From positions 95,512-159,511 of the forward strand of contig JAIRZM010000001.1 in NCBI GenBank assembly GCA_031267235.1: a DNA stretch of 64,000 bases, written 5' to 3'. Under the pieces are notes generated by a model, which was not told where the DNA came from, ran no database searches, and saw only the letters and a program-made list of their open reading frames with translations. A program made the position numbers and the translations under genes. Positions 26,728-38,148 of this stretch are shown here, in pieces; the stretch's first letter is position 1; every line of letters starts with the position of its first letter. The stretch comes from Holosporaceae bacterium (GTDB lineage: Bacteria; Pseudomonadota; Alphaproteobacteria; UBA3830).

Positions 26728-27831
26728 TTAGATTCTCATTGGCATAACGACAAACAACGATTCCGGCTCAGACTCATCCACAATTAATATAGGAGACAGA
26801 GCCTCTTTGATGTAGACCTTGATCGTCTCCCCCGACAGCGTTTGGGCAACGTCCAGGAGATAAGTGGCGTTGAATCCGGCGCTCCAATTCTGCCCCGAAT
26901 ACGCAACATCAACTTCGTCTCTTCCGTTACCTATTTTGTTATTAGCCACACAGCAGGATAGATTTCCCTTGCTAAGCTCAAGTTTTATGGATCTTATTTT
27001 ATCGTCGGAAATTACGGAAACACGATCGACAACCTCGACAAAATCAGACCTTTTAACCGTGAAAAAATCTCCCGTTATCTCCGGAATAACTCGCTTGTAC
27101 TCCGGGAAAATTCCATCCACAAGTTTCGAAATAAAGATAACATTCCCCACCATGAATTGCACTTGATTGGCGTTGAAGGTGATTTCGATTTCATTTGGAA
27201 AAGCATCCAGCAATTTTTTTATTTCAAATACTGCTTTTTTGGAAACTATCACACCCTGAAGGCTTTCTTTGGATCCAGTAGCTATTTCGGAAATGGACAA
27301 TCGGTGTCCGTCCGTAGAGGCGGCTTTTATTTTATCATCTTCTTTGCGCAGATAGATACCATTGAGGTTATGGCGGCTTTCCTCCGGTGACATGGAAAAC
27401 TTTGTACGACTGATTAATTTATTGAAATCCTTAGATTTTATATTAAAACAGCAGAAATTCTTCAGCGTAGTTATTTGGGGAAAATCCGAATGATCCAGCG
27501 TCGATAATTCAAATTTTGATTTCCCCGTAACGACCAAAAGCCTGCTACCTTTATCCAATAGAGAAAACTCCAGCGTAGAGCCTTCAGAAGCTTTACGAAC
27601 GATATCGCCCAAAATGTTGGCGGGCACGGCAGCCGCTCCGAATGTATCCACATCGGCGGGTATTTCTTCAATCATCGAATGATCAAGATCCGTAGCCTTC
27701 AACTGCAATCTTGATTCGCTGAAATCAAGCAAGACATGGGATAGTATTGGAATTACTGACTTTTTATCCGCGATACCAACCATACGCATTATGGCGGGCA
27801 AAGCATCTTTTTTTGTAATTCTCGCTCTCAT
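26728..27831 (-). CDS. dnaN: DNA polymerase III beta sliding clamp
   Basis: 367 aa with LQLKATDLD, ASTDGHRL and C-terminal VVMPMRI. Confidence 0.93.
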   Translation of the reverse strand: MRARITKKDALPAIMRMVGIADKKSVIPILSHVLLDFSESRLQLKATDLDHSMIEEIPADVDTFGAAAVPANILGDIVRKASEGSTLEFSLLDKGSRLLVVTGKSKFELSTLDHSDFPQITTLKNFCCFNIKSKDFNKLISRTKFSMSPEESRHNLNGIYLRKEDDKIKAASTDGHRLSISEIATGSKESLQGVIVSKKAVFEIKKLLDAFPNEIEITFNANQVQFMVGNVIFISKLVDGIFPEYKRVIPEITGDFFTVKRSDFVEVVDRVSVISDDKIRSIKLELSKGNLSCCVANNKIGNGRDEVDVAYSGQNWSAGFNATYLLDVAQTLSGETIKVYIKEALSPILIVDESEPESLFVVMPMRI

Positions 27832-27940
27832 TATTTGCTCTCCGTACGACTAATTGACGCAAAACCTGCCCGCTGAGAATAACCCTTTTCGAAAAACAAA
27901 ACAATCTGTAATCCGACGATGGGATTCGCCATAAGGGTAT

Positions 27941-29920
27941 CTATTTGCGCCATGGCATTTTGCCTAGAATCTCCATCGCCGCTAGTCGCGGCGTTGTTTT
28001 CAGTGTTTCCATAATTTTTACGAATGATTTTTTTTGCCTATAGGATTCGCTAGAAGATAGCATCTTCTTCGCATATGCAAAAATAGTCTCACCATTGCAC
28101 TCGTTCTGCAAGAGCTCTGGAACAACCTTTCTTTTTGCCAAAATATTTATCAGGCAAACCCAAGGCGTTTTTATTAGAAATTTTACTAGAGTGTAGGTAA
28201 TTGTTGAAGTTTTATAGATCACAATAGATGGAAGACCTACTCTGGCCAGCTCTAGAGTTACAGTGCCGGATGCGGCGATAGCGAGATCCGATGAATAATA
28301 GGCCAGATTTTTTTTGCATTTTTCTTTTACTATAAGCGGCCTTGTAGCCCAGTCATTGGTCAACGCCTCAACGCGGGGCGCAACGTCTCTGGTGGTGGGA
28401 ATAATAAATCTCACATTTGCATATTCACGCATCATCAACCGTGAAAATTCATTCATTACGGGAAGATGCCTTTCTATTTCCGACACTCTGCTGCCGGGAA
28501 GTAAAGTTATGATTTTGAAGGCGCTCCGTCGCCCATTACCGCAGACTGATTTTATAAATTTTTGCAAATCGGATGGAAGAGGTTTTTCGAAATCTGGATC
28601 TGTAGCTACTGGATGTCCAACAAAAACCGCCTTCAAACTATACTGACTAAACAATTTTTCTTCGAATGGAAATAGAACCAGCAATTTATCTATAAATTTG
28701 TGCATTGATTTTGCGCGCCAACGTCTCCAGGCCCATATGGGAGGCGAAACATAGTGAATTACCGGAATCTTTCCATTAATTTTCTTGATTTTTTTGTCGA
28801 TGCGGTGAGTAAAGCCGGAAGAATCAATGGTAACTATCATCTGCGGCTCATATGCGCAGATTGCGCTCACTGTTTTGTCGATGAGTCTTTTGATGCGAAA
28901 AATTTTTCCCAAAACCTCGAAAATTCCAATAACTGATAATTCTTTGATGGAAAATAGTTTTTTCAGGCCAGCCTTCTCCATGCATTCGCCTCCTACGCCA
29001 AAAAACTCCACATTTCCAGATGATATTTCATATATGTCCTCCATCAGCTTTCCCCCCAAGTAATCCCCGGATGCTTCTCCCGCAATGATAAAGATTTTCG
29101 TTTTTGAGCAATTGACCGAAACGCCAACCACAAACATTCCAGCTTCATTGGCGTAATCAATGACTGCTTTTTTGTTCAAGATTATGCATTTATTTGCTTC
29201 AACGGCTATCCCCTCAAAGCCATGCGCCTGCAGCTCTTTGATGGTGTCAATTCCTATGGTTGGAAGGTCAAGTCTATTGTCTTGCTGAGGTTTAGACGTC
29301 TTAACAAGAATCCCACCGCTGGAAGATTTTCGTAATTTTGCGCATCTTTTAATTAAGGCATTCGTGCCGCTTACATCCTCTGTTCCAAGAACTTTTCCAT
29401 GAAAAATTACGCAGGATTGCCCAAGATCTTGGGCGCCGAGTTTTTTCGCCGATTCAAACCCAGTTTTGATATCCGCTACATTCGATTCCGAAGGTTTGCG
29501 TAATGAAAAAACTCCTTCGCCCAGGAAAATATCATCCAGCATGTCAGCTCCAGACACCAACTTGAATCCCTCCTGTTGAAGCAGATCTGAGATACTGCGC
29601 AACAATGCATCATCGCCGGCAAAAATTGATTTTCCAAGTTTTAAAAGCCATTTTCTTCCTTTTTCATCAAGGGATAAATTACTCCAGTTGGGACGCTTTA
29701 CATAACCGGCAAAAATTACTTTCTCAACGTCGTTTTTATGAAAAAAATCAACCGCTTTTCCGATTTCGCCAAGTTTTATGGATAATTTTTTGGAGAGCGG
29801 CCAGCCCCGTTGATCACAAAATTCTTCCAGAAATATCAAGCAAAAATTTAGATTTTTTTTGCTACAGGCCTGCGCTACTAGCAGCGGATATTCGCCTCCT
29901 CCGCACACGATTCCTATCAT
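27941..29920 (-). CDS. lpxB: Fused LpxI (UDP-2,3-diacylglucosamine hydrolase, DUF1009) - LpxB (lipid-A-disaccharide synthase)
   Basis: 659 aa. Residues 1-~268 are LpxI-like (GIVCGGGEYP, AGDDALLR, DLPTIGIDT, FVVGVS). Residues ~275-659 are LpxB-like (IFIIAGEASGDYLGGKLM, LLPGSR). Confidence 0.85.
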   Translation of the reverse strand: MIGIVCGGGEYPLLVAQACSKKNLNFCLIFLEEFCDQRGWPLSKKLSIKLGEIGKAVDFFHKNDVEKVIFAGYVKRPNWSNLSLDEKGRKWLLKLGKSIFAGDDALLRSISDLLQQEGFKLVSGADMLDDIFLGEGVFSLRKPSESNVADIKTGFESAKKLGAQDLGQSCVIFHGKVLGTEDVSGTNALIKRCAKLRKSSSGGILVKTSKPQQDNRLDLPTIGIDTIKELQAHGFEGIAVEANKCIILNKKAVIDYANEAGMFVVGVSVNCSKTKIFIIAGEASGDYLGGKLMEDIYEISSGNVEFFGVGGECMEKAGLKKLFSIKELSVIGIFEVLGKIFRIKRLIDKTVSAICAYEPQMIVTIDSSGFTHRIDKKIKKINGKIPVIHYVSPPIWAWRRWRAKSMHKFIDKLLVLFPFEEKLFSQYSLKAVFVGHPVATDPDFEKPLPSDLQKFIKSVCGNGRRSAFKIITLLPGSRVSEIERHLPVMNEFSRLMMREYANVRFIIPTTRDVAPRVEALTNDWATRPLIVKEKCKKNLAYYSSDLAIAASGTVTLELARVGLPSIVIYKTSTITYTLVKFLIKTPWVCLINILAKRKVVPELLQNECNGETIFAYAKKMLSSSESYRQKKSFVKIMETLKTTPRLAAMEILGKMPWRK

Positions 29921-31720
29921 CTATCCTTCCCTATTCATCTTTAGAGCAGCCAAAAATGTGCCCTGCGGAATTTTAACGTTTCCTATCTCGCGCATCTTTT
30001 TCTTTCCCTTTTTCTGCTTTTCCAATAGTTTGTTTTTTCTGGTTACGTCGCCGCCGTAGCATTTGGCGATGACGTCTTTTCTAAACGGCGAAATAGTCTC
30101 GCGAGCCACTACTTTTCCACCAATGGCTGCCTGAATTGGAATTTTGAACATATGGCGCGGTATAAGATCTTTGAGACGCTCACACAGAATGCGACCACGA
30201 TACTCGGCGTTCCCAGCGTAAACTATCATGGACAAGGCGTCCACCTGCTCTCCGTTTATTAGAATTGTCATTTTCACTAAATCGCCTTCTCTATAGCCAG
30301 CGAGAACATAATCAAAGCTCGCATAACCGCGACTGATAGATTTCAAACGATCGTAAAAATCATAAACTACTTCATTCAACGGCAATTGATATTCCAAAAG
30401 AACGCGAGATCCCACATAGGTAAGCTCATTCTGCATGCCACGCTTTTCTTCGCATAGTTCCAAAATGTTTCCCAAATACTCATCAGGAGTTATGATTCTA
30501 GCGGTAATCCAGGGCTCTTCCATGGATGAAATAAGACTTGCATCCGGCATATCAGCTGGATTATGGATATCCTTAACGTCTCCACTGGTAAGCAAAACCT
30601 TATAAACTACGCTGGGAGCCGTTGCCACAAGATCCAAATTGTATTCGCGTTCCAGCCTTTCCTCGATTACTTCCAGATGCAACAATCCCAGGAAGCCACA
30701 ACGAAACCCAACCCCCAAAGCCTGCGATGTTTCCGATTCAAAGGAAAAGCTTGCATCGTTTAGCTGTAATTTGACAAGACTCTCCTTCAACTTAGAATAA
30801 TCTACCGTATCAACGGGGAACATGCTGCAAAAAACAACCGGAATGCATGGTTTAAACCCAGGCAAAGCTTCAGAAGCTCGTCGATTTTCTTCAGTTATGG
30901 TGTCTCCCACACGAGCGTCTCCGACACTCTTAATTCCGGCTATCAAGTAGCCAATTTCTCCCGTTTTCAGTTCATGTGTTTCGACCTGTTTAGGAGAAAA
31001 GACTCCCACTTTTTCTATTGAATAGGTCATTTTAGCCGCCATTAGTCGAACTTTCATGCCGACTTTTACGGATCCATCTTTTATCCTTACCAGCGCCACT
31101 ACGCCCATATAGGGATCATACCAGCTGTCAATCAAAAGAGCTTTTAGGGGGGCATCTTCGTTTCCGCCGGGAGGAGGGAACTTTACCGCAAGCGCCTCCA
31201 ACACATCTGGAACGCCTGTGCCAAGCTTTGCGGATACTGGAATTGCATCTCGACAGTCAAGACCAATAACGTCTTCTATTTGTCTACTTATCTTTTCAAT
31301 ATCCGCCGCTGGAAGATCTGTCTTGTTGAGGACAATAATAATTTCATGATCATGCTCCAACGCCTGATAAACGTTGGCCAAGGTTTGAGCCTCCACCCCC
31401 TGTGTGGCGTCCACCACAAGTATTGATCCTTCGCAAGCGGCCAGCGAGCGACTTACTTCATAGGCAAAATCCACATGGCCGGGCGTATCCATAAGATTCA
31501 TCTGGTAGACATTTCCATCTTTTGCTTTGTAATTTAATCGAACAGTTTGGGCCTTTATGGTGATGCCGCGCTCTCTCTCTATATCCATGGAGTCCAGCAT
31601 TTGATCCCTAAATTCCCGCGAATCTACAGCCCCACAAAACTGAATCAGGCGGTCGGCAAGGGTAGATTTTCCATGATCGATATGAGCGATTATGGCAAAA
31701 TTCCTAATGAAAGATTTCAT
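29921..31720 (-). CDS. lepA: Elongation factor 4
   Basis: 599 aa with [23 protein letters not shown] and the LepA C-terminal domain. Confidence 0.97.
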   Translation of the reverse strand: MKSFIRNFAIIAHIDHGKSTLADRLIQFCGAVDSREFRDQMLDSMDIERERGITIKAQTVRLNYKAKDGNVYQMNLMDTPGHVDFAYEVSRSLAACEGSILVVDATQGVEAQTLANVYQALEHDHEIIIVLNKTDLPAADIEKISRQIEDVIGLDCRDAIPVSAKLGTGVPDVLEALAVKFPPPGGNEDAPLKALLIDSWYDPYMGVVALVRIKDGSVKVGMKVRLMAAKMTYSIEKVGVFSPKQVETHELKTGEIGYLIAGIKSVGDARVGDTITEENRRASEALPGFKPCIPVVFCSMFPVDTVDYSKLKESLVKLQLNDASFSFESETSQALGVGFRCGFLGLLHLEVIEERLEREYNLDLVATAPSVVYKVLLTSGDVKDIHNPADMPDASLISSMEEPWITARIITPDEYLGNILELCEEKRGMQNELTYVGSRVLLEYQLPLNEVVYDFYDRLKSISRGYASFDYVLAGYREGDLVKMTILINGEQVDALSMIVYAGNAEYRGRILCERLKDLIPRHMFKIPIQAAIGGKVVARETISPFRKDVIAKCYGGDVTRKNKLLEKQKKGKKKMREIGNVKIPQGTFLAALKMNREG

Positions 31721-34092
31721 TTCGCGCGCAATTCTCCGCCAACGGTTCCGATATACTCAAGAATTTTTGCGGAAACTTTTTTCGCTTCATCTTCCGTTAG
31801 AGTTCTGTCAACTGCTTCCAGCGTCACGGAAACTCCGATGGAATTCTGCGTGTCGCTTAAATTGAAATAATCAAAGATATCAACCTTAGATATGAGTGGA
31901 TCAAGTTTGTATATGGCATTCATGATATTTCCAATGGCAACTTTCGCTCCGAAGACAAAAGCGAAATCTCGAACGATCTTCGGAAATACCTTCGACACAT
32001 AATAATTTTTTTCGCCATTGCAATCCTGCAGCGAAGCAACCAACAATTCGAAACAGACTAAATTTTCCGCAATGCCGAACAATTTATTAATTTTCGGATG
32101 TAGCTCTCCAAAATAACCAAGTTTTTTCTTTCTCAGAAAAAGCGTGCCGCTTCTGGATGGATGATAATAGGACGGAGCAACAGTCTCTACGACAACATTT
32201 TTCAGCTTTATTCCCAAATAATCTAACAGAGCAAAAGCATCGGCTTTCGCGTCAAACGGATCGACGGATCTCTTCTTCTGGAGCCAACTTCTATCGTGGG
32301 CGCTTCCGGTACGCAATCCAGTAATATGTCTCTCCTGCACATATTGATTGTAAAAAACATTACCAATTTCAAATATTTTCACGCCAGACTGACCGTAATT
32401 CAGAGAACGTTTTGCCGCAAGCAAAAGATTTGGAATTAAAGACGGTCTCATTACGTTCAAATCGGCGCTAATGGGATTAATTAAATGGATAAGCTTATTG
32501 TTTTCCTGGAAAGCGTTAGCATAATCTTCCCTGATGAAAGAATAGGAAATCACCTCCGAAAGGCCACAGGATGCAAGCAGTCGCGAAGCTTCCGTTAGGC
32601 ATTTTTTCTCACTCAAAATTTTATCGTGTTCGATAAAAACGTCTTCCATCTTTTTTTCCGGTATATTGTCGTAGCCGGTTATACGCAAGATTTCTTCGAT
32701 CAAATCTTCTTCGATACTAATGTCTGATCTCCAGCGCGGAACCGCGTAGGTTGCTTCTGTTTTGCTGGATTCAATTTCCCGCAGACCAAGTTTTTTCAGT
32801 ATAGTTCTAGACGATTCCCAGTCTACATCATGACCGCAAATACTTAGGAGCTTTTCTTTTCTGAGAGTGATGGATTGCTTAGGCATAGGCTCGCGACCAA
32901 CAACGAATATTTTGCTGGCTTCTCCTCCGCAATTATCGAGAATTAACTTGCTAGCTCCCTCTATTCCGGAAACGCACGAAGTCTCGTCAATGCCACGCTC
33001 AAACATTGTCCTGGAATCGCTGGAGAGATTTAGAAGCGTTCCGGTTCTTGATACAAAAATTGGATCAAAGAAAGCTGACTCTATAAGAATGTCCGTAGTA
33101 TTCTCGTCGCAGGCAACTTTTGCTCCACCCATTATGCCAAGCAAACACAGCGGAGATTCGGCATCGGCGGCTACCAACATGTCCCGATGCAAATTGTGCT
33201 CGACATTTTTAAGATCCGTGAATCTTTCTCTGTGTTTTGCGAATCTAATAGCTAGGCGCCCCTTGATCTTCTTTAGGTCGTAGATGTGCAATGGCCTGCC
33301 GGAATCCATCATCCACCAGTTTGCCATATCCACTACCGCAGAAACACTGTTCATGGAAGCTGACTGCAGAAAAGATTTAATCCACTCCGGACTGCTGCCA
33401 TTTTTTAAATTGCGGATTACGCGAAAGGCAATAATCGGAGCATATTGGGAACAAGAATCGCTTCTTTCGCATTCAATATCCAGCGGAAATTTGAAGGAAT
33501 CCTTGCATGGCTTTGCCTCGGAACTGATGAAATCTCCAACGCCTGCCACTGCCAAATCTCTGGCTATTCCCTTCACCGAAAGACAATCTCCTCGATTCGG
33601 AGTGATGGATAAATCTATTATTCCACCGCCATATCCAAGAACATCGCCCACCGAAGTCTCAAGATCAATTTCATTTTTTAATTCGACGATTCCATCTTTG
33701 TCGGAGGATATGGAGAGCTCGGCAGGCGAGCACATCATGCCATCGCTTTCAATTCCTCTGATTTTACTTTTTTTCAAAATTTCACGGGAGGATGGAATTA
33801 TAGCTCCAGGCATGGCCAAAATTGTTTTTAGTCCGACTTTTGCGTTCTTCGCTCCGCACACGATGCGCATCTTCTGCCCACGCGCGTCCATCACAATGCA
33901 AATATTTAGCCTATCCGCATCCGGATGTTTTTCCATTGCTTCTATTTGCACCAATTTAAAATTTCTAAAAATCTCTCCAGGATCCAGGAGGTTTTCCACC
34001 TCCAAACCGATGGAAGTGAGCCTATCGGCGATCTGCCGAATGTTCAAATCCGTAGATAAGTGTCGCTTTAGCCAATTAAACGAAAAACGCAT
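31717..34092 (-). CDS. pheT: Phenylalanine--tRNA ligase beta subunit
   Basis: 791 aa beginning MRFSFNWLK, with B3/4, B5 and FDX-ACB regions. Located downstream of pheS. Confidence 0.95.
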   Translation of the reverse strand: MRFSFNWLKRHLSTDLNIRQIADRLTSIGLEVENLLDPGEIFRNFKLVQIEAMEKHPDADRLNICIVMDARGQKMRIVCGAKNAKVGLKTILAMPGAIIPSSREILKKSKIRGIESDGMMCSPAELSISSDKDGIVELKNEIDLETSVGDVLGYGGGIIDLSITPNRGDCLSVKGIARDLAVAGVGDFISSEAKPCKDSFKFPLDIECERSDSCSQYAPIIAFRVIRNLKNGSSPEWIKSFLQSASMNSVSAVVDMANWWMMDSGRPLHIYDLKKIKGRLAIRFAKHRERFTDLKNVEHNLHRDMLVAADAESPLCLLGIMGGAKVACDENTTDILIESAFFDPIFVSRTGTLLNLSSDSRTMFERGIDETSCVSGIEGASKLILDNCGGEASKIFVVGREPMPKQSITLRKEKLLSICGHDVDWESSRTILKKLGLREIESSKTEATYAVPRWRSDISIEEDLIEEILRITGYDNIPEKKMEDVFIEHDKILSEKKCLTEASRLLASCGLSEVISYSFIREDYANAFQENNKLIHLINPISADLNVMRPSLIPNLLLAAKRSLNYGQSGVKIFEIGNVFYNQYVQERHITGLRTGSAHDRSWLQKKRSVDPFDAKADAFALLDYLGIKLKNVVVETVAPSYYHPSRSGTLFLRKKKLGYFGELHPKINKLFGIAENLVCFELLVASLQDCNGEKNYYVSKVFPKIVRDFAFVFGAKVAIGNIMNAIYKLDPLISKVDIFDYFNLSDTQNSIGVSVTLEAVDRTLTEDEAKKVSAKILEYIGTVGGELRAK

Positions 34093-34112
34093 CTAACCCT
34101 CCCATTAATTTG

Positions 34113-35171
34113 CTAGGAAACATGCTGGAACCCAAAGGTATTTCTCCAACGATCGTCGGATTCGAAATATTCTCTCAGATCAGAAATTCCGTACTTCAAG
34201 GAAGTCAGTCTTTCTACGCCGAAACCAAAGGCTAGCCCCTGATATTTATCAGCATCAACATTCCCGTGCCTCAGAACATTTGGATGCACAACCCCACAAC
34301 CACAGATTTCCAGCCACTTGTCTCCGCAACCAAACACCATCTCTCCATCTTTGATGCCATAACTCACATCCACCTCAGCAGACGGTTCAGTAAATGGAAA
34401 GAAGCTCGGCCGCAATCTTATACTAAGGTCTTTTACTGCAAAAAACTTTTTCAAAAAATTTGTGATAATCCACTTTAGGTGCGCAAACCCAACATTTTTC
34501 TCCACCACCAATCCTTCCACCTGAGTAAACATTGGAGTGTGAGTTGCATCGCTGTCGCTTCTATAAACTCTGCCAATCGAAAAAAAGCGGTGCGGCGGAG
34601 TATTTGCCAGCATGGCGTGAATCTGAATGGGAGAAGTATGAGTGCGCAGAAGATTCCGGCCCTTTTCGCTGGACGGAACGTTCACATAAAATGTATCGTG
34701 CATCGTTCTAGCCGGATGATGGTCCGGCATATTTAACGCCGTGAAATTATAGTACTCGTTCTCTAAATCTGGACCATCCGCGCAAACGAATCCAAAGGAA
34801 GACAAAATATTCGCAATCTCCTCCGAAACTTTCGTCAGCGGATGTATGCGGCCAAAGGAACGGTGACGTGCTGGCGCGGAAACATCCACAAACTCGGAGC
34901 CAAGTTTTTTATTAAGCTCCTTCAGCTCCAGTCTCGAATGTTTTAAGTCCAGTTGCCGTGTTATCTCATTCTTTACGACGTTGATTTCTGCGCCTAATTT
35001 GCGCTTTCCCTCCTTATCCAATCCTCGCAGTCTATCCATTATCTGGGTAATTCTTCCATTTTTCCCGAAGATAACGCTTCTTATGGAATCCATCTTTTTT
35101 AGATTGTCACATTTTTCGATTTCAGATAAACAGCTTGCCAACAACTTGTCCAACTCGGTCATGAATGCCAT
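34113..35171 (-). CDS. pheS: Phenylalanine--tRNA ligase alpha subunit
   Basis: Class II motifs are present (HPARTMHDTFY, FRSDSDATHTPMF, FGFGVERL). I chose the internal start MAFMTELDK; the track's 373-aa form adds an implausible leader. Confidence 0.93.
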   Translation of the reverse strand: MAFMTELDKLLASCLSEIEKCDNLKKMDSIRSVIFGKNGRITQIMDRLRGLDKEGKRKLGAEINVVKNEITRQLDLKHSRLELKELNKKLGSEFVDVSAPARHRSFGRIHPLTKVSEEIANILSSFGFVCADGPDLENEYYNFTALNMPDHHPARTMHDTFYVNVPSSEKGRNLLRTHTSPIQIHAMLANTPPHRFFSIGRVYRSDSDATHTPMFTQVEGLVVEKNVGFAHLKWIITNFLKKFFAVKDLSIRLRPSFFPFTEPSAEVDVSYGIKDGEMVFGCGDKWLEICGCGVVHPNVLRHGNVDADKYQGLAFGFGVERLTSLKYGISDLREYFESDDRWRNTFGFQHVS

Positions 35172-35399
35172 ATCCTTCACAAAAACAAATCCTGTGCGAA
35201 TATAGCAAATAACATCTCCGAAAAAAAGCCACATAACGCCAGCAATTTTTCATGTTTTGCTACACTTAAATACAAGATCCCGTCATGAATTTCTCACTGC
35301 AATTAGCGCATCGCAATGAGCATATTCCTAAGGTCACTTGGATAATTTGTAGCGAAACCTGAATATTACGCGACCCTCTACAATATCGGGACTATGCGT

Positions 35400-36122
35400 C
35401 TAGCCTAGCAAGTTTCGTCGAAAGAGCGCTTTTTTTTGCAGTAGCTTGGATAACTGTTTTAGACCATGCGGAGAGCCGATTTCGTAAAATCTTTTTTTCG
35501 CAACAAAAGAGGCCAACTCGTTTTTTTTAATTAAATCAGCGTAGGTGTCCATTAAATCATAGAATTTGTTCGACTGTAAATTCCCCAATAAGCGTTTTTG
35601 TAAAATACCAAGTCCGTAGTCTATATATTGCATCTCTGGAACCGGATGTTTTTTATCGTAGCATATAATTTTTTTATCTCTAAAGATAATATTACTGTTA
35701 TCATATAGGCATTTATTATGATAAATTGTTATGAGAGCGGAGCGTTTGCTTTGTTTATGGCATTCATATACCGCTTCATAATCGCAATCCAAGTAAGAAT
35801 CTCCGTATAAAACGAAAAACGTTTCCTCCAGCAACGGTAGAGCTTTTTTTAGCGCGCCGGCGGTACCCAATAATTCAGTGCCATCAAAAGAATACGAAAT
35901 TTCCAACCCAAATTGAGAACCATTGCCGACTTGAGCTTCTATCATTTCTCCCAAATGACCAACGCACAACACCACTTTGCTAATGCCTCGTTCCTTTAAT
36001 AGCTTCAATTGATGGAAAATAAACGGCTCCCCCGCTACCAAAAGAAGAGATTTTGGGATTTTTTCAGTAGCCGGATGCATACGCGTAGCCAACCCGCCCG
36101 CTAATATAGCTATGGATAACAT
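35400..36122 (-). CDS. Sugar-1-phosphate nucleotidyltransferase (HddC/heptose-1-P guanylyltransferase-like)
   Basis: 240 aa with ILAGGLATRM...IPKSLL at the N-terminus and GTAGAL. It is the last gene of the sugar operon. Confidence 0.8.
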   Translation of the reverse strand: MLSIAILAGGLATRMHPATEKIPKSLLLVAGEPFIFHQLKLLKERGISKVVLCVGHLGEMIEAQVGNGSQFGLEISYSFDGTELLGTAGALKKALPLLEETFFVLYGDSYLDCDYEAVYECHKQSKRSALITIYHNKCLYDNSNIIFRDKKIICYDKKHPVPEMQYIDYGLGILQKRLLGNLQSNKFYDLMDTYADLIKKNELASFVAKKRFYEIGSPHGLKQLSKLLQKKALFRRNLLG

Positions 36123-36129
36123 AAACTAT

Positions 36130-37080
36130 TTATTCCGGCTTTTGGAATACCCCTACACAACGAATACCATAGGGATATGATACTATTTTCCCGAGTATCA
36201 ATTCAATCTTAAATATCATGCGCGGAAGAAATCCTGCGGTTTTGGAGATTAAGTTTTTGGATAAACGAGATTCACAAATAGATTGTTGCCGCTCTACTGC
36301 AGCATATCTAGCTCGTAGTTTTTTCACGCACCAAAATAATGGGTAGAGAAAAAAACCTAAGTGAGAAAAATAAACCTGTTTCAATCCAGATTTGTTTAAA
36401 ATTTTCAAAATTTGCGCATCGCTGTAACGTCTGTAGTGACGCAATTGGACATCGTAAGCATCAAACAATCCTTCTCCATAGGGAACTTCAAAAACAAAAA
36501 CACCTCCCGGCTTTAGGATACGGTGTATTTCTTCTACAGCGCGTTCATGATCTTTTATGTGCTCAAGAACATTCAACGCTATGACGGCATCATAGCTATC
36601 GTTTGCTAAAGGACAATCTGTTACGTCAAAACATAATAACGGCGTTGGAATATTTTCTTTTTCTAATTCTTTCGATATTCTGTGTAGCGTTTTTGATATA
36701 ATATCTGTTCCAACAATTTGCGTACAAGGAAATGATTGCCACAGATATCTCAGCAAAATGCCACTTGAGCAGCCTATCTCTATAATTGCCCCCCCTCCAT
36801 CACTGTTTGACAAAATCGGACAATATTTCTTCAGATTTTCGATGCCGATATCAAAAGAAGCTTTGTCGATAGGATGTTGGCCATTGCTTATTTCTTCATG
36901 AAACCCTGTTAGATCGTCGTTCCATCCAGTAGGAGAAGTTGACATAGGATAGACCAAGACCCCTTCAGCATACGATTCTCCTACAAATTTTTTCCCATTC
37001 CAGACGATTTCTTCCTCTCCTTTTATAGGATTAGGAAATTTTTGTTTGTTTGTTGAATATATGCTTATGTTATTTCCCAT
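36130..37080 (-). CDS. Class I SAM-dependent methyltransferase
   Basis: 316 aa with motif I IIEIGCSSG and the post-I/II region DAVIALNVLEHI...LKPGGVFVFEVP. Confidence 0.8.
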   Translation of the reverse strand: MGNNISIYSTNKQKFPNPIKGEEEIVWNGKKFVGESYAEGVLVYPMSTSPTGWNDDLTGFHEEISNGQHPIDKASFDIGIENLKKYCPILSNSDGGGAIIEIGCSSGILLRYLWQSFPCTQIVGTDIISKTLHRISKELEKENIPTPLLCFDVTDCPLANDSYDAVIALNVLEHIKDHERAVEEIHRILKPGGVFVFEVPYGEGLFDAYDVQLRHYRRYSDAQILKILNKSGLKQVYFSHLGFFLYPLFWCVKKLRARYAAVERQQSICESRLSKNLISKTAGFLPRMIFKIELILGKIVSYPYGIRCVGVFQKPE

Positions 37081-37168
37081 TACATTGTTTTCCTTTGGAA
37101 TAGAATAACAATAAAAATGCCAATTTTCGGCTTCCTACTATAGACAACATTCTCGTACCCTTAATCCT

Positions 37169-38146
37169 CTAAAACAAAGCTCTTGCGCCACCAAAATCAA
37201 AATGAAAGCGCACTTCCTCCAGCCCGGCGGCATTCATTGCTTGACGCAATTTTGTGCTATCATGAGACAGAAACATTAGGAAGCCTCCACCACCAGCTCC
37301 TACAAGCTTTCCGCCAATCGCGCCATTTGCCATTGCTAAATCGTACCATTCATTAATTTGTGGATTACTCATATTGTCGAAACGTTTCTTTTTATGTTCC
37401 CAATGTTCATGCATCAATTGCCCAAATTGTGTTAAATCGCCATTCTCTAGTGATTCTTTACATTTATACCCTAATTTCTTTACATAGTGCAAATTGTCAA
37501 TCATATCAAGATCTTTTTGCTCTGTGCGAAAATGCTGATCTTTCAATACATCTCCTGCCTTACGGGAAAAACCAGTGAAAAACAGAAGCAATCTATCCTC
37601 AAGTTCGAAGATTGTTTGCGTTGATACCTTTAGTGACTCCGTAGAAACCGTATCATCTTTATGAAATGTAAAACACGTTAAGCCACCGTAGGATGCTATA
37701 TATTGATCCTGCTTGCCTATCGGTTCGCCGAGACGATCTATTTCTATGTGACAGGCTAACTCGGCCAGCTCCTGCTGGGAAATTAGTCGTCGTCTATGCG
37801 CATGTAAAGCTTTCAGCAGAGCGGTTGTGAAGCTCCCTGAAGAACCAAGTCCCGTTCCCGCAGGAATATCGGCCAAAGAAGTTATTTCCACCTGAGGAGT
37901 GCGCAAATTCTGCATGGAAAGGGCTTCCCTAATAATTTTATGCTGCACCTGATCAACTCTTTCCACATGTTCAAGCTGGGAATATTTCAAATATATACCC
38001 GGAGTGAAAGGTCGCATCACGGTAACGTATATGTATTTATCAATGGCTCCGGAAATGCAAAAGCCTTCATGGTAGCGATAATAGGACGGAATGTCAGTTC
38101 CACCTCCTCCAAAGGTAATGCGCAAAGGACTGCGGGCGATAATCAT
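37169..38146 (-). CDS. GHMP-family sugar kinase (D-glycero-D-manno-heptose 7-phosphate kinase HddA-like)
   Basis: 325 aa with SPLRITFGGGGTD, GHMP motif II PAGTGLGSSGSF and motif III GAGGGGFLMF. Confidence 0.8.
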   Translation of the reverse strand: MIIARSPLRITFGGGGTDIPSYYRYHEGFCISGAIDKYIYVTVMRPFTPGIYLKYSQLEHVERVDQVQHKIIREALSMQNLRTPQVEITSLADIPAGTGLGSSGSFTTALLKALHAHRRRLISQQELAELACHIEIDRLGEPIGKQDQYIASYGGLTCFTFHKDDTVSTESLKVSTQTIFELEDRLLLFFTGFSRKAGDVLKDQHFRTEQKDLDMIDNLHYVKKLGYKCKESLENGDLTQFGQLMHEHWEHKKKRFDNMSNPQINEWYDLAMANGAIGGKLVGAGGGGFLMFLSHDSTKLRQAMNAAGLEEVRFHFDFGGARALF

Positions 38147-38148
38147 GC

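Noticed and set aside
33284-34096. 270-aa plus-strand ORF (and the 138-aa ORF at 32867-33283)
   Set aside because: Both are entirely antisense to pheT, which has unambiguous family motifs. The products are Ser/Pro/Ile-rich nonsense sequences.
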